Assembly (NCBI GenBank): GCA_963738535.1 | Contig: CAVTXB010000004.1 | Span: 110,916 to 174,915 of the forward strand | DNA length: 64,000 nucleotides | Direction: 5' to 3' | Origin: an uncultured Actinomycetota bacterium | GTDB taxonomy: Bacteria > Actinomycetota > Actinomycetes > Actinomycetales > Microbacteriaceae | Shown here: one piece after another, positions 10,720 to 20,618 of the stretch | Layout of the letters: each line of letters opens with the position of its first letter | Position numbering within the stretch: the first letter of the stretch is position 1 | The notes under the pieces: generated by a model | The model's input: the letters and a program-made list of their open reading frames with translations, nothing else | Told to the model about the DNA's origin: nothing | The model's database searches: none | Position numbers and translations under genes: made by a program

Positions 10720-11406
10720 GCGGTCTCCGAGGCGCACCACGGGCGCTCGTGCTCGCGGGCGGCACCCCGCCCTACACCGACCCGTGGCATCCCTTCGCCG
10801 AGACCTCGGCGGCACTCGCCCGCATCGCCGAGGAGCTGGGCTTCGAGGTCGAGGTCGCGACGGATGTCGTGGCACGACTCGCCGACCTGTCGGGTGTCGA
10901 CCTGCTGATCGCCGACGTGCCGTCTCCGACTCACCCGCTGGATGCGATGCAGCTCGAGGCTGCGGCTGCCGGTCTGCGCGAGTTCCTCGCGCGGCCGGGT
11001 GGCGTGTTCGCGCTGCACGTGTCGGTGACGACCCTGCTCGGCCTGCCCCCGTGGAGCGAGGTCATGGGGGCGAAGTGGGTGCAGGGCACGACGATGCATC
11101 CCCCGCTCGGTCGGTGGAGCGTCACGAGTGCCGCCGGGGGTTCGCTCTCGGGCAGCCGGCGGCGACTTCGAGCTCACCGACGAGCTCTACACCTACCTCG
11201 AGTTCGACGGCGACCGCGAAGACGTGCTCACCCACGTCTACGACGGCACGACCCATCCCGTGCTGTGGCTGCGCGAGGTCGGCCCGACCCGCGTCGTGGC
11301 CGATGCGCTCGGCCACGGCGCCGAATCGTTCGACTCGGTCGACCACGTCGCCATCATCCGCGCCGCCCTGCTCTGGGCGACCGCCCAGCCAGTACCCAAC
11401 CAGTAG
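10716..11406 (+). CDS. ThuA-like domain protein, +1 frameshift near 11150
   Basis: DPWHPFAETS, GVFALH and HPP in one frame; FELTDELY, HPVLW and ALGH in the next frame. Confidence 0.72.
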
Positions 11407-11426
11407 ACAGATATAAGGGATAGAAA

Positions 11427-11783
11427 ATGCCGCTCATCCAAGTCGACCTCGATCGTTCGCTGTACGACGACAAGCACGAACAGCTGAGCACGGAGATCCA
11501 CCAGGCGCAGATCGACGTTCTGGGCATTCCGGCCGACGACCTGTTCCAGGTGTTCCGCCCTCACGAGCCGGGCGAAATCAAGTTCGATCCGACCTATGGC
11601 GGAGTCGACCGGCGCAGCCTGGTCATCGTGACGATCACGATGGTGCACATGTACAGCGTGGCAACGAAGCGAAAGCTGTTCGAGGCCATCACGTCGCGCT
11701 GGGCCGCACTCGGGGTGCGCCCCGAAGACGTGCAGATCTGCGTCGTCGAGGTCGGCTTCGAGGACTGGTGGGCGGGCAAGTGA
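11427..11783 (+). CDS. Tautomerase superfamily protein (MSAD/Tautomerase_2-like, Pro-1)
   Basis: N-terminal MPLIQVD, GIPADDLFQ; 118 aa, the size of a double beta-alpha-beta protein. Confidence 0.82.
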   Translation: MPLIQVDLDRSLYDDKHEQLSTEIHQAQIDVLGIPADDLFQVFRPHEPGEIKFDPTYGGVDRRSLVIVTITMVHMYSVATKRKLFEAITSRWAALGVRPEDVQICVVEVGFEDWWAGK

Positions 11784-12835
11784 TGACCAATCTCGACCCC
11801 GCGCCGCTCACGGTGCTCTTCGTCGGCGGCACGGGCACGATCAGCGCATCGTCCGTTCGCCGCGCCATCGCCTCGGGCATGACCGTCTTCGTACTCAACC
11901 GGGGCAACAACGCGAAGAGCCGAGACCTGCCGGATGCGGTGCGCTCCATCACCGCGGACATCACGAACCCGGAATCGGTCGTCACCGCCATCGGCGACCT
12001 CACGTTCGACGTCGTCGTGAACTTCCTCACCTTCGACGCCGCCGGCGCCGAGCAGGCGATCGGGATCTTCCGCGGACGCACGCGGCACTACATCCACATC
12101 AGCACCGCGTCGCTCTACGGCAAGCCGGTACTGCAGGTGCCGATCGTGGAATCGACGCCCATCCACAACCGTTTCGTCTCCTACTCGCGAGCCAAGATCG
12201 GCGCCGAAGAGGTGTTCCAGGCGGCCTACCGCGACACCGGGTTCCCGGTGACCATCGTGCGGCCGTCGCACACCTACGACGACGCCAATCCCCCGCTGCC
12301 CGGTGACTGGACGATCTTCGACCGTATCGAACGCGGAGCCGAGATCGTCGTGCACGGCGACGGGACCTCGCTCTGGACCCTGACCCATGCCGAGGACCTC
12401 GCCCAGGGGCTCGTCGGGCTGTTCGGCAACCCGCGCGCGGTCGGCGAGGCGTTCCACATCACGGGCGACGACGTGTACACGTGGGACCAGATCTACACCA
12501 TCGTGGGAGAGGCACTCGGCGTCGAACCGAAGCTGGTGCATGTGCCGTCCGAGCTGTTCCTGGTCGGTGCCCCCGACTGGTTCTGGTCGGAGCTGCTCGT
12601 CGGCGATCTCGGGCACAGTGCGATCTTCGACAACTCGAAGATCCGTCGCTTCGTTCCGGGGTTCGCGCCGTACCTGACCTTCCATCGTTCGGTCGCGCGG
12701 ATGGTCGCCTGGCGTTCCGCCCACCCGAACGAGGTTGTGATCGACGCGCACGTCAACGAGGTGCTCGACCGCATGGCGCAGGGCTACCACGCCTCCCGCG
12801 ACGCGTTCGCGGCCCTCGCGCCCGGCGCGAAGTGA
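11783..12835 (+). CDS. NAD-dependent epimerase/dehydratase (extended SDR)
   Basis: GGTGTIS, YSRAK and TIVRPSHTY motifs. Confidence 0.85.
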   Translation: MTNLDPAPLTVLFVGGTGTISASSVRRAIASGMTVFVLNRGNNAKSRDLPDAVRSITADITNPESVVTAIGDLTFDVVVNFLTFDAAGAEQAIGIFRGRTRHYIHISTASLYGKPVLQVPIVESTPIHNRFVSYSRAKIGAEEVFQAAYRDTGFPVTIVRPSHTYDDANPPLPGDWTIFDRIERGAEIVVHGDGTSLWTLTHAEDLAQGLVGLFGNPRAVGEAFHITGDDVYTWDQIYTIVGEALGVEPKLVHVPSELFLVGAPDWFWSELLVGDLGHSAIFDNSKIRRFVPGFAPYLTFHRSVARMVAWRSAHPNEVVIDAHVNEVLDRMAQGYHASRDAFAALAPGAK

Positions 12836-13776
12836 CTCTCGCGGGTTCGCGTCGCGAGCTCGGGTCGACCGGCCTGCTCGTCTCGCCCGTGTGCGTGGGC
12901 ACGAGTCCGCTGGCGAGTATGCCGGGGCTCTACGGCTACGAGGTGGATGCCGCATCCGCTGTTGCGACCGTGCTCGCCGTCTTCGCCGGTCCGTTCAATT
13001 TTCTCGACACCTCCAACGGCTACGGTGACGACGGCGAGAGCGAGCGGCGCATCGGCGACGCGATCCGCGAGGTGGGCGGCCTGCCCGACGGTTTCGTGCT
13101 GGCCACGAAGATCGACCCCGATCCGCGCACCGGTGACTTCTCGGGGGCGCGCGTGCGCGCCTCGTTCGAGGAGAGCCTCGACCGCCTCGGCCTCGACCGC
13201 ATCCAGCTGCTCTACCTGCACGACCCGGAACGGATGTCGTTCGAGGCCGGCTCAGGCCCCGGCGGAGCCCTCGAGGCCATGGTGCGGCTGCGCGAGGAGG
13301 GGCTGGTGGATCACCTGGGTGTCGCCGGTCTCGACCTCGACCTGCTCGGCCGGTACCTGGCCACGGGCGAATTCGAGGTGGTGCTCAACCACAACCGCTT
13401 CACCCTCGTCGACCAGTCGGCCGGTCCGCTGGTCGATGATGCCGTCGCCCGGGGCATCGCGTTCGTCAATGCGGCGCCCTACGGCGGCGGGATGCTCGTC
13501 AAAGGCCCGGAAGCACAGCCGCGCTACGCCTACAGCACCCGCGGCGCCGACATTCGCGACAGCGTCTCGCTCATGCAGCAGGCCTGCGAGCGTCATGGCG
13601 TTCCGCTGGCCGCCGCCGCGCTGCAGTTCTCGGTGCGGGATCCCCGAATCGCGTCGACGGTGCTCGGGATTTCGGAACCGCGCCGCATCGAGCAAACGGT
13701 CGACCTGCTCGACGTCGACATCCCCGACGAGCTGTGGGCGGAACTCGCGTCGCTCGCCCCCGCACCTGTCTTCTGA
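12832..13776 (+). CDS. Aldo/keto reductase (D-threo-aldose 1-dehydrogenase-like)
   Basis: LDTSNGY, SERRIG, LATK and LYLHDP motifs; GTGA overlap with the previous gene. Confidence 0.87.
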   Translation: MTLAGSRRELGSTGLLVSPVCVGTSPLASMPGLYGYEVDAASAVATVLAVFAGPFNFLDTSNGYGDDGESERRIGDAIREVGGLPDGFVLATKIDPDPRTGDFSGARVRASFEESLDRLGLDRIQLLYLHDPERMSFEAGSGPGGALEAMVRLREEGLVDHLGVAGLDLDLLGRYLATGEFEVVLNHNRFTLVDQSAGPLVDDAVARGIAFVNAAPYGGGMLVKGPEAQPRYAYSTRGADIRDSVSLMQQACERHGVPLAAAALQFSVRDPRIASTVLGISEPRRIEQTVDLLDVDIPDELWAELASLAPAPVF

Positions 13777-13811
13777 CTCCCCGCACCCGTCGTCTGACTC
13801 CCGGGTCGCTT

Positions 13812-14786
13812 CTAGCGGGCGGGAAAGCCCGCCGCGGCGTAGATCGCGTCGATCGCGCGGGCATTGCCCACGATGTCGTCGCCCTCGGTAAGCGCGGGGG
13901 CACCGGTCTCGATGGCGGCCACAACCGCGGCCAGCTGGTGGTCGTAGGTCGTGAGGCCGGCGACGGTGCTCGGCCGATCGAGGCCGCCGACGATCTCGCG
14001 GAGGCTGTGGCCGCTCGACGGGAAGACCAGGTTGTTCACTTCCAGTGTTCCCTGGTCGCCCTCGACGACCAGGTAGTTCGAGAGCGACAGCCCCGCCTCC
14101 ATGCTCGCGGTGACGGTGGCCGTGATCCCGGACGCAAAGCGCAGCTCGGCCACGATGCTGAGGTCGGTGCCGAGGGGGTTCGGCGTGCCCGACGCCGATT
14201 CGACAACGGGCTCTTCACCCGTGAGCGCGCGCACCCAGTGCACCGGGTAGCAGCCGAGGTCCATCAGCGCGCCTCCGCCCAGCTCCGGCACGTGGCGGAT
14301 CGACTTCGCATCGAAGAGGTTCTCGGCCGAGAAGTCCGCCCGCAGACGGCGGATGGTACCGAGCCGGCCCGACGCGACGACCTCGTCGATGTGGGCACTC
14401 AGCGGGTGGTAGCGGTCGTGGAAGGCCTCGATGAAGCGCAGGCCCGCGCTGCTCGCTGCGTCGACCATCGCCTGCGCCTCGTCGGCGTTCATGGCGATCG
14501 GTTTCTCGCACAGCACGTGCTTGCCGGCCGCGAGCGCGGCGATCGTCCAGCGGGCGTGCTCGGATGGCGGCAGAGCGACGTAGACGAGGTCGATCGCGGG
14601 ATCGTCGAGCAGCGCCTCGTAGCTGCCGTAGGCCCGTTCGATCACGTGCCGGGCCGCGTACTCGCGCGCTGCTTCCAGGCTGCGCGAGGCCACGGCCGCG
14701 ATGACCGTGTCGGTGCGCCGGGCGGCCGGGCGGATGATGGCTGCCGGCGCGATGCCGGCGGCTCCGAGGATCCCGATGTTCAGCAA
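13812..14786 (-). CDS. Gfo/Idh/MocA oxidoreductase (aldose 1-dehydrogenase-like)
   Basis: GILGAAGIA, GKHVLCEKP and GGGALMDLGCY; probable TTG start after GAGGGAG. Confidence 0.87.
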   Translation of the reverse strand: MLNIGILGAAGIAPAAIIRPAARRTDTVIAAVASRSLEAAREYAARHVIERAYGSYEALLDDPAIDLVYVALPPSEHARWTIAALAAGKHVLCEKPIAMNADEAQAMVDAASSAGLRFIEAFHDRYHPLSAHIDEVVASGRLGTIRRLRADFSAENLFDAKSIRHVPELGGGALMDLGCYPVHWVRALTGEEPVVESASGTPNPLGTDLSIVAELRFASGITATVTASMEAGLSLSNYLVVEGDQGTLEVNNLVFPSSGHSLREIVGGLDRPSTVAGLTTYDHQLAAVVAAIETGAPALTEGDDIVGNARAIDAIYAAAGFPAR

Positions 14787-14873
14787 CGTACGCTCTCCCT
14801 CGAACTTTCGGGGCCGCGCACTGGCGCCGGCCGACCCGTCCAAACTATCGTAGAAACATCACCCCGAATGTAT

Positions 14874-14885
14874 AGAAATATTTCG
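14874..14885. promoter_or_regulatory. Putative LacI operator AGAAATATTTCG
   Basis: Copy of the motif in the divergent intergenic region, just upstream of the SDR. Confidence 0.65.
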
Positions 14886-14900
14886 TGACAAGGGAGTCCG

Positions 14901-15686
14901 ATGCCTGCCACCTCCGCCTTGACGACGTTTGCGAGCTATCCCAGTCTGGTCGACCAGACGGCATTTGTCAGCGGCGGGGCAACGGGGCTGGGTGCGTCCT
15001 TCGTGCGCGAGCTGGCGAAGCAGGGAGTGCGCGTCGCATTCGTCGACATCAATCGGGAGGCCGGCGAGAAACTGCTCGACGAGCTGAGTGCGGACGGCGC
15101 CCCTGAGGCCTGGTTCGGCGAGTGCGACGTACGAAACATTTCCGCTCTCCAGGCCGCTATTGCGGACGCCGCCCGGGCCCTCGGCCCGGTCACGGTGCTC
15201 GTCAACAACGCCGCAAACGATACGCGCGACAGAGTGATGGACATGGACGTGGCGCTGTGGGACGACCGGATCGCGGTCAACGTGCGTCACCACTTCTTCG
15301 CCGCCCAGGCCGTCGTGCCGATGATGCGCGAAGCCGGTCACGGCTCGATCATCAACCTCGGGTCGATCAGTGCCCACATCGATCTCATGGACCTTCCGGG
15401 CTACATCACCGCGAAAGCCGGCGTGGAGGGCCTCACCCGCACCCTCGCGCGCGAATTCGGGCCCGACGGCATCCGGGTCAACTGCATCATCCCGGGCTGG
15501 ATCATGACCGAGCGCCAGCTGGCGGACTGGGTCACGCCGGAGGCGGAGGCCTCGATCGATCGCAACCAGTGCCTGCCGCAGCGGCTCTACCCCGACGATG
15601 TCGCCCGGCTCATGCTGTGGCTCGCTGCGGAGGACTCGCGTTCGTGTACCGCGCAGAAGTGGGTCGTCGACGGAGGCTGGATGTGA
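14901..15686 (+). CDS. SDR D-xylose 1-dehydrogenase-like (Caulobacter XylB type)
   Basis: YPSL, NNAAND.R, WDDRIAVNVRH, Y.TAKAGVEGLTRTLARE.GPD.IRV, TERQ and QCL match my recollection of the Caulobacter enzyme. Confidence 0.82.
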   Translation: MPATSALTTFASYPSLVDQTAFVSGGATGLGASFVRELAKQGVRVAFVDINREAGEKLLDELSADGAPEAWFGECDVRNISALQAAIADAARALGPVTVLVNNAANDTRDRVMDMDVALWDDRIAVNVRHHFFAAQAVVPMMREAGHGSIINLGSISAHIDLMDLPGYITAKAGVEGLTRTLAREFGPDGIRVNCIIPGWIMTERQLADWVTPEAEASIDRNQCLPQRLYPDDVARLMLWLAAEDSRSCTAQKWVVDGGWM

Positions 15687-16531
15687 AAGCCGACCAGCTC
15701 ACCGAACCGATCGCGTTCCACGGCGAGGGGCCGTTCTGGGATGCGGCGCAGCAGCGCCTGCTGCTGGTCGACATGCTCGCGGGCGACGTGGTCTCGCTCG
15801 ACGACGACGTGGTGAATCGTCATCGCATCGGGGCTGTGGCCGCCGTGATCCGGGCCAGGGCCGCCGGCGGCTACATCGCCGCGGTCGAGCGCGGCTTCGC
15901 GCTGCTCGACGACTCCCTCGCGGTGCGCGAGCTGCTGCCGGACGTGTTCGACGATTCGAGCATCCGAATGAACGACGGCGGCTGCGACCCCCAGGGCCGG
16001 TTCTACTGCGGCACGATGGCGTACGCCGAGACTCCCGGAGCCGGCACGCTGTACCGGCTCGATGCCGAGCGCCGGGTCGGCACTGTGCTCGAGGCGGTGA
16101 CGATCTCGAACGGGCTGCAGTGGAGCGCGGACGGCTCCCGGGTCTTCTACAACGACACCCCGACCGGGCGCGTCGACGTCTTCGACTTCGATGGCGAGAC
16201 GGGCGATTTCTCGGGCCGGCGACCGTTCGTGACTCTCGCCGAGGGCCTCCACCCCGACGGCATGGCGATCGACGCCGAGGACGGCATCTGGATCGCGCTC
16301 TGGGGAGGCTCGGCGGTGCACCGGTACGACTCATCGGGTGCCCTGAGTGAGGTCGTGGAGCTGCCCGTTTCCCACGTCACAGCCTGTGCCTTCGGTGGCG
16401 CCGACCGGTCGACCCTGTACATCACCACGTCGCGGCTCGGCCTCGAGCCTGACGCCGAACTGCAGGCGGGGTCCGTCTTCACTGCTCGAGTGGGTGCGAC
16501 CGGGGCGCCGGCGTTCGAGTACGCCGGCTGA
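15683..16531 (+). CDS. SMP-30/gluconolactonase family lactonase (XylC-like)
   Basis: HGEGPFW, RMNDGGCDPQGR, ISNG and PDGMAIDAED motifs. Confidence 0.88.
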   Translation: MKADQLTEPIAFHGEGPFWDAAQQRLLLVDMLAGDVVSLDDDVVNRHRIGAVAAVIRARAAGGYIAAVERGFALLDDSLAVRELLPDVFDDSSIRMNDGGCDPQGRFYCGTMAYAETPGAGTLYRLDAERRVGTVLEAVTISNGLQWSADGSRVFYNDTPTGRVDVFDFDGETGDFSGRRPFVTLAEGLHPDGMAIDAEDGIWIALWGGSAVHRYDSSGALSEVVELPVSHVTACAFGGADRSTLYITTSRLGLEPDAELQAGSVFTARVGATGAPAFEYAG

Positions 16532-16534
16532 GTG

Positions 16535-18007
16535 TCAGCGCGGCCGGCGAACCCCGTCGACGCGCTGCGGCACCGACCACGGGTTGTCGTCGCGCAGCTG
16601 GGGCGGCAGAACTTCCTGCGGCACGCCCTGGTAGGCGACAGGTCGCAGAAACCGCTCGATGGCGGCCATCCCGACCGAGGTGGTGGTCGGCGACGTCGTC
16701 GCCGGATACGGACCACCGTGCTGCATCGCGTACGTCACCGAGACGCCCGTCGGCCAGCCGTTCCACAGCACCCGGCCCACACTGCCCGCCAGCATCGTGA
16801 CGAGCCGCGCCGCCACCTCATCGTCGGTCTCGCCGAGCACGGTGGCCGTCAACTGGCCGTCGATCGCCCCGGCGACGGCGAAGAGGTCCGAGGGGTTCGT
16901 GTACGTGACCACGATGGCGGTGGGCCCGAAACATTCCACCATCAGCTGGTCGGCGTTCGCCAGCAACTCGGCGGCGGTCGTGGTGAGAATGATCGGCGCC
17001 TGCGCATCCCCGTCGCCCCCACCCTCGCCAGACCGTCCGCCGGCGACCGTGCGCACGGCGGGATGACCGGCGAGCGAATGGAGCACGCGGAGGTAGCCCT
17101 CGCGGATGTGGTCACCCAGCATGGGCGCGGGCGGCACGGCATCGACCACCCGACGCACAACGGGTGCGAAGTCCACCGACGCCGGCAGCAGCAGCAGGCC
17201 CGGTTTGGTGCAGAACTGGCCCACCCCGAGGGCCACCGACCCGAGGAAGCCGGTGATGATCTCCTCCGCGCGCGCCTCCGCGGCGAGCGGAGTAGCGAAG
17301 GCGGGATTGATGCTGCCGAGCTCGCCGTAGAACGGAATCGGATGATCGCGCCCCACCGCGAGGTCGAACAGCGCGCGCCCTCCCGCCAGCGAACCCGTGA
17401 ACGAGGCCGCGGTGATGCGCGCGTCGACGACGAGGCGACGACCGGTCTCCAGGCCGAAGACGATGTCGAAGGTGCCATCCGGCGCGCCCGCCGCGCCCAG
17501 TGCCGCGCGCACGATCTCGGCGGTGAGCGCCGACAGCTGCGGATGCCCCGGGTTGGCCTTCACGACCACGGGAGCGCCGGCGGCGATCGCCGACGCGGTG
17601 TCCCCGCCCGCCACACTGAACGCGAACGGGAAGTTGCTGGCCGCGTAGACGGCGACGGGCCCGATCGGCCGCATCGTGCGGCGCAGGTCGGGTCGAGCCC
17701 CCATGGGCCAGTCGGGGTCGGCGGTGTCGATGGTCGCCGCCAGGTAGCCCCCCTCGCGCACCTCGTCAGCGAAGAGGCGCAGCTGGAACGTGGTGCGCAC
17801 CAGTTCGCCCCGGAGGCGCGCCTCCGGCAGGTGGCTTTCGACCCGGGCGAGCTGCACGAGGTCGTCGGTGCGGGCATCGAGGGCCGCGGCCACCGCGTCG
17901 AGCCAGCCGGCTCGCACGGTCGGGGAGGTGTCGGCGAGCGCGGGCGCGCACGCCTGCGCGGCGGAGAGGATGCGCTCGAAATCGACCGCACTCGTCTCGC
18001 CGCTCAC
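16535..18007 (-). CDS. NADP-dependent alpha-ketoglutaric semialdehyde dehydrogenase-like ALDH
   Basis: ASNFPFAFSVAGGDTASA, YGELGSINP, GQFCTKPG and HGGPYPATT signature. Confidence 0.87.
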   Translation of the reverse strand: MSGETSAVDFERILSAAQACAPALADTSPTVRAGWLDAVAAALDARTDDLVQLARVESHLPEARLRGELVRTTFQLRLFADEVREGGYLAATIDTADPDWPMGARPDLRRTMRPIGPVAVYAASNFPFAFSVAGGDTASAIAAGAPVVVKANPGHPQLSALTAEIVRAALGAAGAPDGTFDIVFGLETGRRLVVDARITAASFTGSLAGGRALFDLAVGRDHPIPFYGELGSINPAFATPLAAEARAEEIITGFLGSVALGVGQFCTKPGLLLLPASVDFAPVVRRVVDAVPPAPMLGDHIREGYLRVLHSLAGHPAVRTVAGGRSGEGGGDGDAQAPIILTTTAAELLANADQLMVECFGPTAIVVTYTNPSDLFAVAGAIDGQLTATVLGETDDEVAARLVTMLAGSVGRVLWNGWPTGVSVTYAMQHGGPYPATTSPTTTSVGMAAIERFLRPVAYQGVPQEVLPPQLRDDNPWSVPQRVDGVRRPR

Positions 18008-18879
18008 CGGTGCACTCCCTGGGGTGCGGCGCGGCCGACGATCACCACGGGGTTGCTCAGACCACCGATGCCGTCGATTGCGATCGACACGATATCGCCG
18101 GCCGCGAGCGTGAACTCGGCATCGGGAACGATCCCCGTGCCAGTCAGCAGCACGACGCCGTGAGCAAACTCCTGCGCCAGCAGCAGCCAGTCGACCAGCT
18201 CTGCGAACGACCGCGTGAGCAGGTCGGTCGAGGTGGTGCCCGCGAACACCTCGTCGCCCCCTCGGGCGATCGACAGGGTGATCGCCCGAGGGCCGTCGGG
18301 TGCCTCCCACACCGGCACGATGTGCGAGCCCAGCGCGCACGCCCGGTCGTAGACCTTCGCCTGCGGCAGGTAGAGGGGGTTCTCTCCCTCGATCGACCGG
18401 CTGCTCATGTCGTTGGCGACCGCGTACCCGAAGATCTCGCCCGTGCTCGCGACGACCAGGGCCAGCTCGGGCTCGGGCACATTCCAGTCGGAGTCCGCCC
18501 GGATGCCCACTCCCTCGCCGTCACCGACGACCCGCTCGGCCGTGGACTTGAAGAACACCTCCGGCCGCTGCGCCGAATACACCCGGTCGTAGATGGTGGC
18601 GTCCGCCGCCTCCTCGGCCCGTCCGTCGCGGCTGCGGCGATAGGTGACGCCCGCCGCCCACACCTCCTGGCGGTCGACCGGCGCAAGAAAGGTGAGCTCG
18701 CCGGCATCCACTCGCTCGGTTGCGTCGTCCACCACCGCACGCGCCTGGTGCACCGGCATGGCCAGCAGCTGCGCGAGCGTCGCGTGCAGCAGCCTGTGGC
18801 CGGCGGTGCCTGTGCCCGGTGCTGTTGCGGTGGTGACCCAGCGCTCCTCGCCGCGCCAGAGCACCCTCGAGATCGCCAC
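18004..18879 (-). CDS. FAH-family 2-keto-3-deoxy-pentonate dehydratase (XylX/KdaD-like)
   Basis: QEVWAAGVTY, RPEVFFK, WNVPEPEL and NDMSSRSIEGENPLYLPQAKVY motifs. Confidence 0.85.
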   Translation of the reverse strand: MAISRVLWRGEERWVTTATAPGTGTAGHRLLHATLAQLLAMPVHQARAVVDDATERVDAGELTFLAPVDRQEVWAAGVTYRRSRDGRAEEAADATIYDRVYSAQRPEVFFKSTAERVVGDGEGVGIRADSDWNVPEPELALVVASTGEIFGYAVANDMSSRSIEGENPLYLPQAKVYDRACALGSHIVPVWEAPDGPRAITLSIARGGDEVFAGTTSTDLLTRSFAELVDWLLLAQEFAHGVVLLTGTGIVPDAEFTLAAGDIVSIAIDGIGGLSNPVVIVGRAAPQGVHR

Positions 18880-20618
18880 TAGTGCGACTCCCGCGAGACC
18901 ACGGACCCACTCGAACCGGCCAGGAAATCGAGGTCGGCACCGAGGTGCGCCTGCGTCACGTGGTCGACGTAGAGGCGCTCCCACCCTCGGGTCGGAGCGG
19001 CGAACGCGTCGACCGTCGCCGCGGATGCGGTGCGAAGCTCGAGCTCCTCGGCCGGCACCTCGAGCTCGAGTCGGCGTGCGGGCACATCCAGCAGGATGTA
19101 GTCGCCGTCCTGCACCAGCGCGAGCGGACCGCCCACGGCAGCCTCGGGCGAGACGTGCAGCACGACGGTGCCGTAGGCCGTGCCGCTCATGCGCCCGTCG
19201 CAGATGCGCACCATGTCGCGAACGCCGGCGGCGAGCAGCTTCGCCGGCAGCGGCAGGTTCGCCACCTCGGGCATGCCGGGGTAGCCGCGTGGCCCGCAGC
19301 CGCGCAGCACCAGCACGGAGGTCGCATCCACCTCGAGGTCGGGATCGTCGATGCGCGCGTGAAGGTCTTCGATGGAGTCGAAGACCACCGCCCGGCCGCG
19401 ATGCGTCAGCAGCTCGGGGGATGCGGCGGCCGGCTTGATGATCGCCCCCGAGGGCGCCAGGTTGCCGGTGAGCACGGCGATGCCGGCGTCGGGCTGGAGG
19501 GGCGACTCGCGACGGCTGATGACGGTGTCGTCCCAGATGGGATGGTTCGGCAGAGCATCGACCAGCGGAGCTCCCGTCACCGTGATGGCCGCGGGGTCGA
19601 GCAGGTCGCGCACCTGGTCGAGCACCGCCAGCACTCCCCCGGCACGGAAGAGGTCCTCCATCAGGAATTCGCCCGCCGGCTGCAGATTGACCAGCAGCGG
19701 GACTCCCGCCCCGATCCGGTCGAAATCCTCCAGGGTCAGGTCGATGCCGAGTCGCCCGGCGATCGCGAGCAGGTGCACCACGGCGTTGGTCGAGCCGCCG
19801 ATCGCCGCCAGGGCGACGATCGCGTTGTGGAATGACTCCTTCGTGATCACCTGGCTGATCGTGCGGTTCGTGAGGGCGAGCTCGACCGCGAGCACGCCGG
19901 CCTCGTGTGCGCCCTCGAGCAGGCGGCTGTCGGGTGCGGGGGTGCCGGCGATGCCCGGGATGGTCATGCCGAGCGCCTCCGCCATGATGCCCATCGTCGA
20001 CGCCGTGCCCATGGTGTTGCAGTGCCCCCGGCTGCGGATCATCGACGACTCGGAGCGAAGGAACAGCTGCTCGTCGAGAGTTCCCGCGCGCACCTCCTCG
20101 CTCAGCCGCCAGACATCCGTTCCACAGCCCAGCACCTCGCCACGGAAGGTTCCGTTGAGCATCGGGCCGCCGGGCACGAACACCGCGGGAAGGTCGACCG
20201 AGGCGGTTCCCATGAGCAGTGCGGGTGTCGTCTTGTCGCAGCCGCCGAGCAGCACGACCGCGTCGATGGGGTTCGCCCGCAGCATCTCCTCGATGGCCAT
20301 GGCGGCCATGTTGCGCCACAGCATTGCCGTCGGTTTCACGAGGGTCTCGCCCAGCGAGACCACGGGCAGGTTCACGGGGATGCCACCCGCCGCGTAGACG
20401 CCCTGCTTCACGCTCTCCGCGACCTCGTTGAAGTGCGAGTTGCACGGCGTCAGGTCAGACGCGGTGTTGGCGATGGCGATGTGGGGCCGGCCGTCGAAGG
20501 CGTTCGCCGGCAGGCCGCGACGCATCCACGCCCGGTGAAGGTACCCGTTGCGGTCGGTTCCGCCGTACCACTGGGCGCTGCGCTGCGGGAAGGATTCCGC
20601 GTTGCCGTTCTCGATCAC
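18879..20618 (-). CDS. IlvD/Edd-family pentonate (xylonate/arabinonate) dehydratase
   Basis: LTPCNSH, GCDKTTP, GHCNTMGTAST and DGRMSGT motifs. Confidence 0.9.
   Translation of the reverse strand: MIENGNAESFPQRSAQWYGGTDRNGYLHRAWMRRGLPANAFDGRPHIAIANTASDLTPCNSHFNEVAESVKQGVYAAGGIPVNLPVVSLGETLVKPTAMLWRNMAAMAIEEMLRANPIDAVVLLGGCDKTTPALLMGTASVDLPAVFVPGGPMLNGTFRGEVLGCGTDVWRLSEEVRAGTLDEQLFLRSESSMIRSRGHCNTMGTASTMGIMAEALGMTIPGIAGTPAPDSRLLEGAHEAGVLAVELALTNRTISQVITKESFHNAIVALAAIGGSTNAVVHLLAIAGRLGIDLTLEDFDRIGAGVPLLVNLQPAGEFLMEDLFRAGGVLAVLDQVRDLLDPAAITVTGAPLVDALPNHPIWDDTVISRRESPLQPDAGIAVLTGNLAPSGAIIKPAAASPELLTHRGRAVVFDSIEDLHARIDDPDLEVDATSVLVLRGCGPRGYPGMPEVANLPLPAKLLAAGVRDMVRICDGRMSGTAYGTVVLHVSPEAAVGGPLALVQDGDYILLDVPARRLELEVPAEELELRTASAATVDAFAAPTRGWERLYVDHVTQAHLGADLDFLAGSSGSVVSRESH

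Noticed and set aside
13758-13799. 21-bp tandem duplication at the AKR stop, and a 14-bp duplication at 44831-44858
   Set aside because: Simple slippage duplications with no evident function
18004-20445. 813-aa ORF suggesting a large FAH fusion
   Set aside because: Only 18004..18879 is FAH-like; the upstream part is an off-frame overlap with the dehydratase
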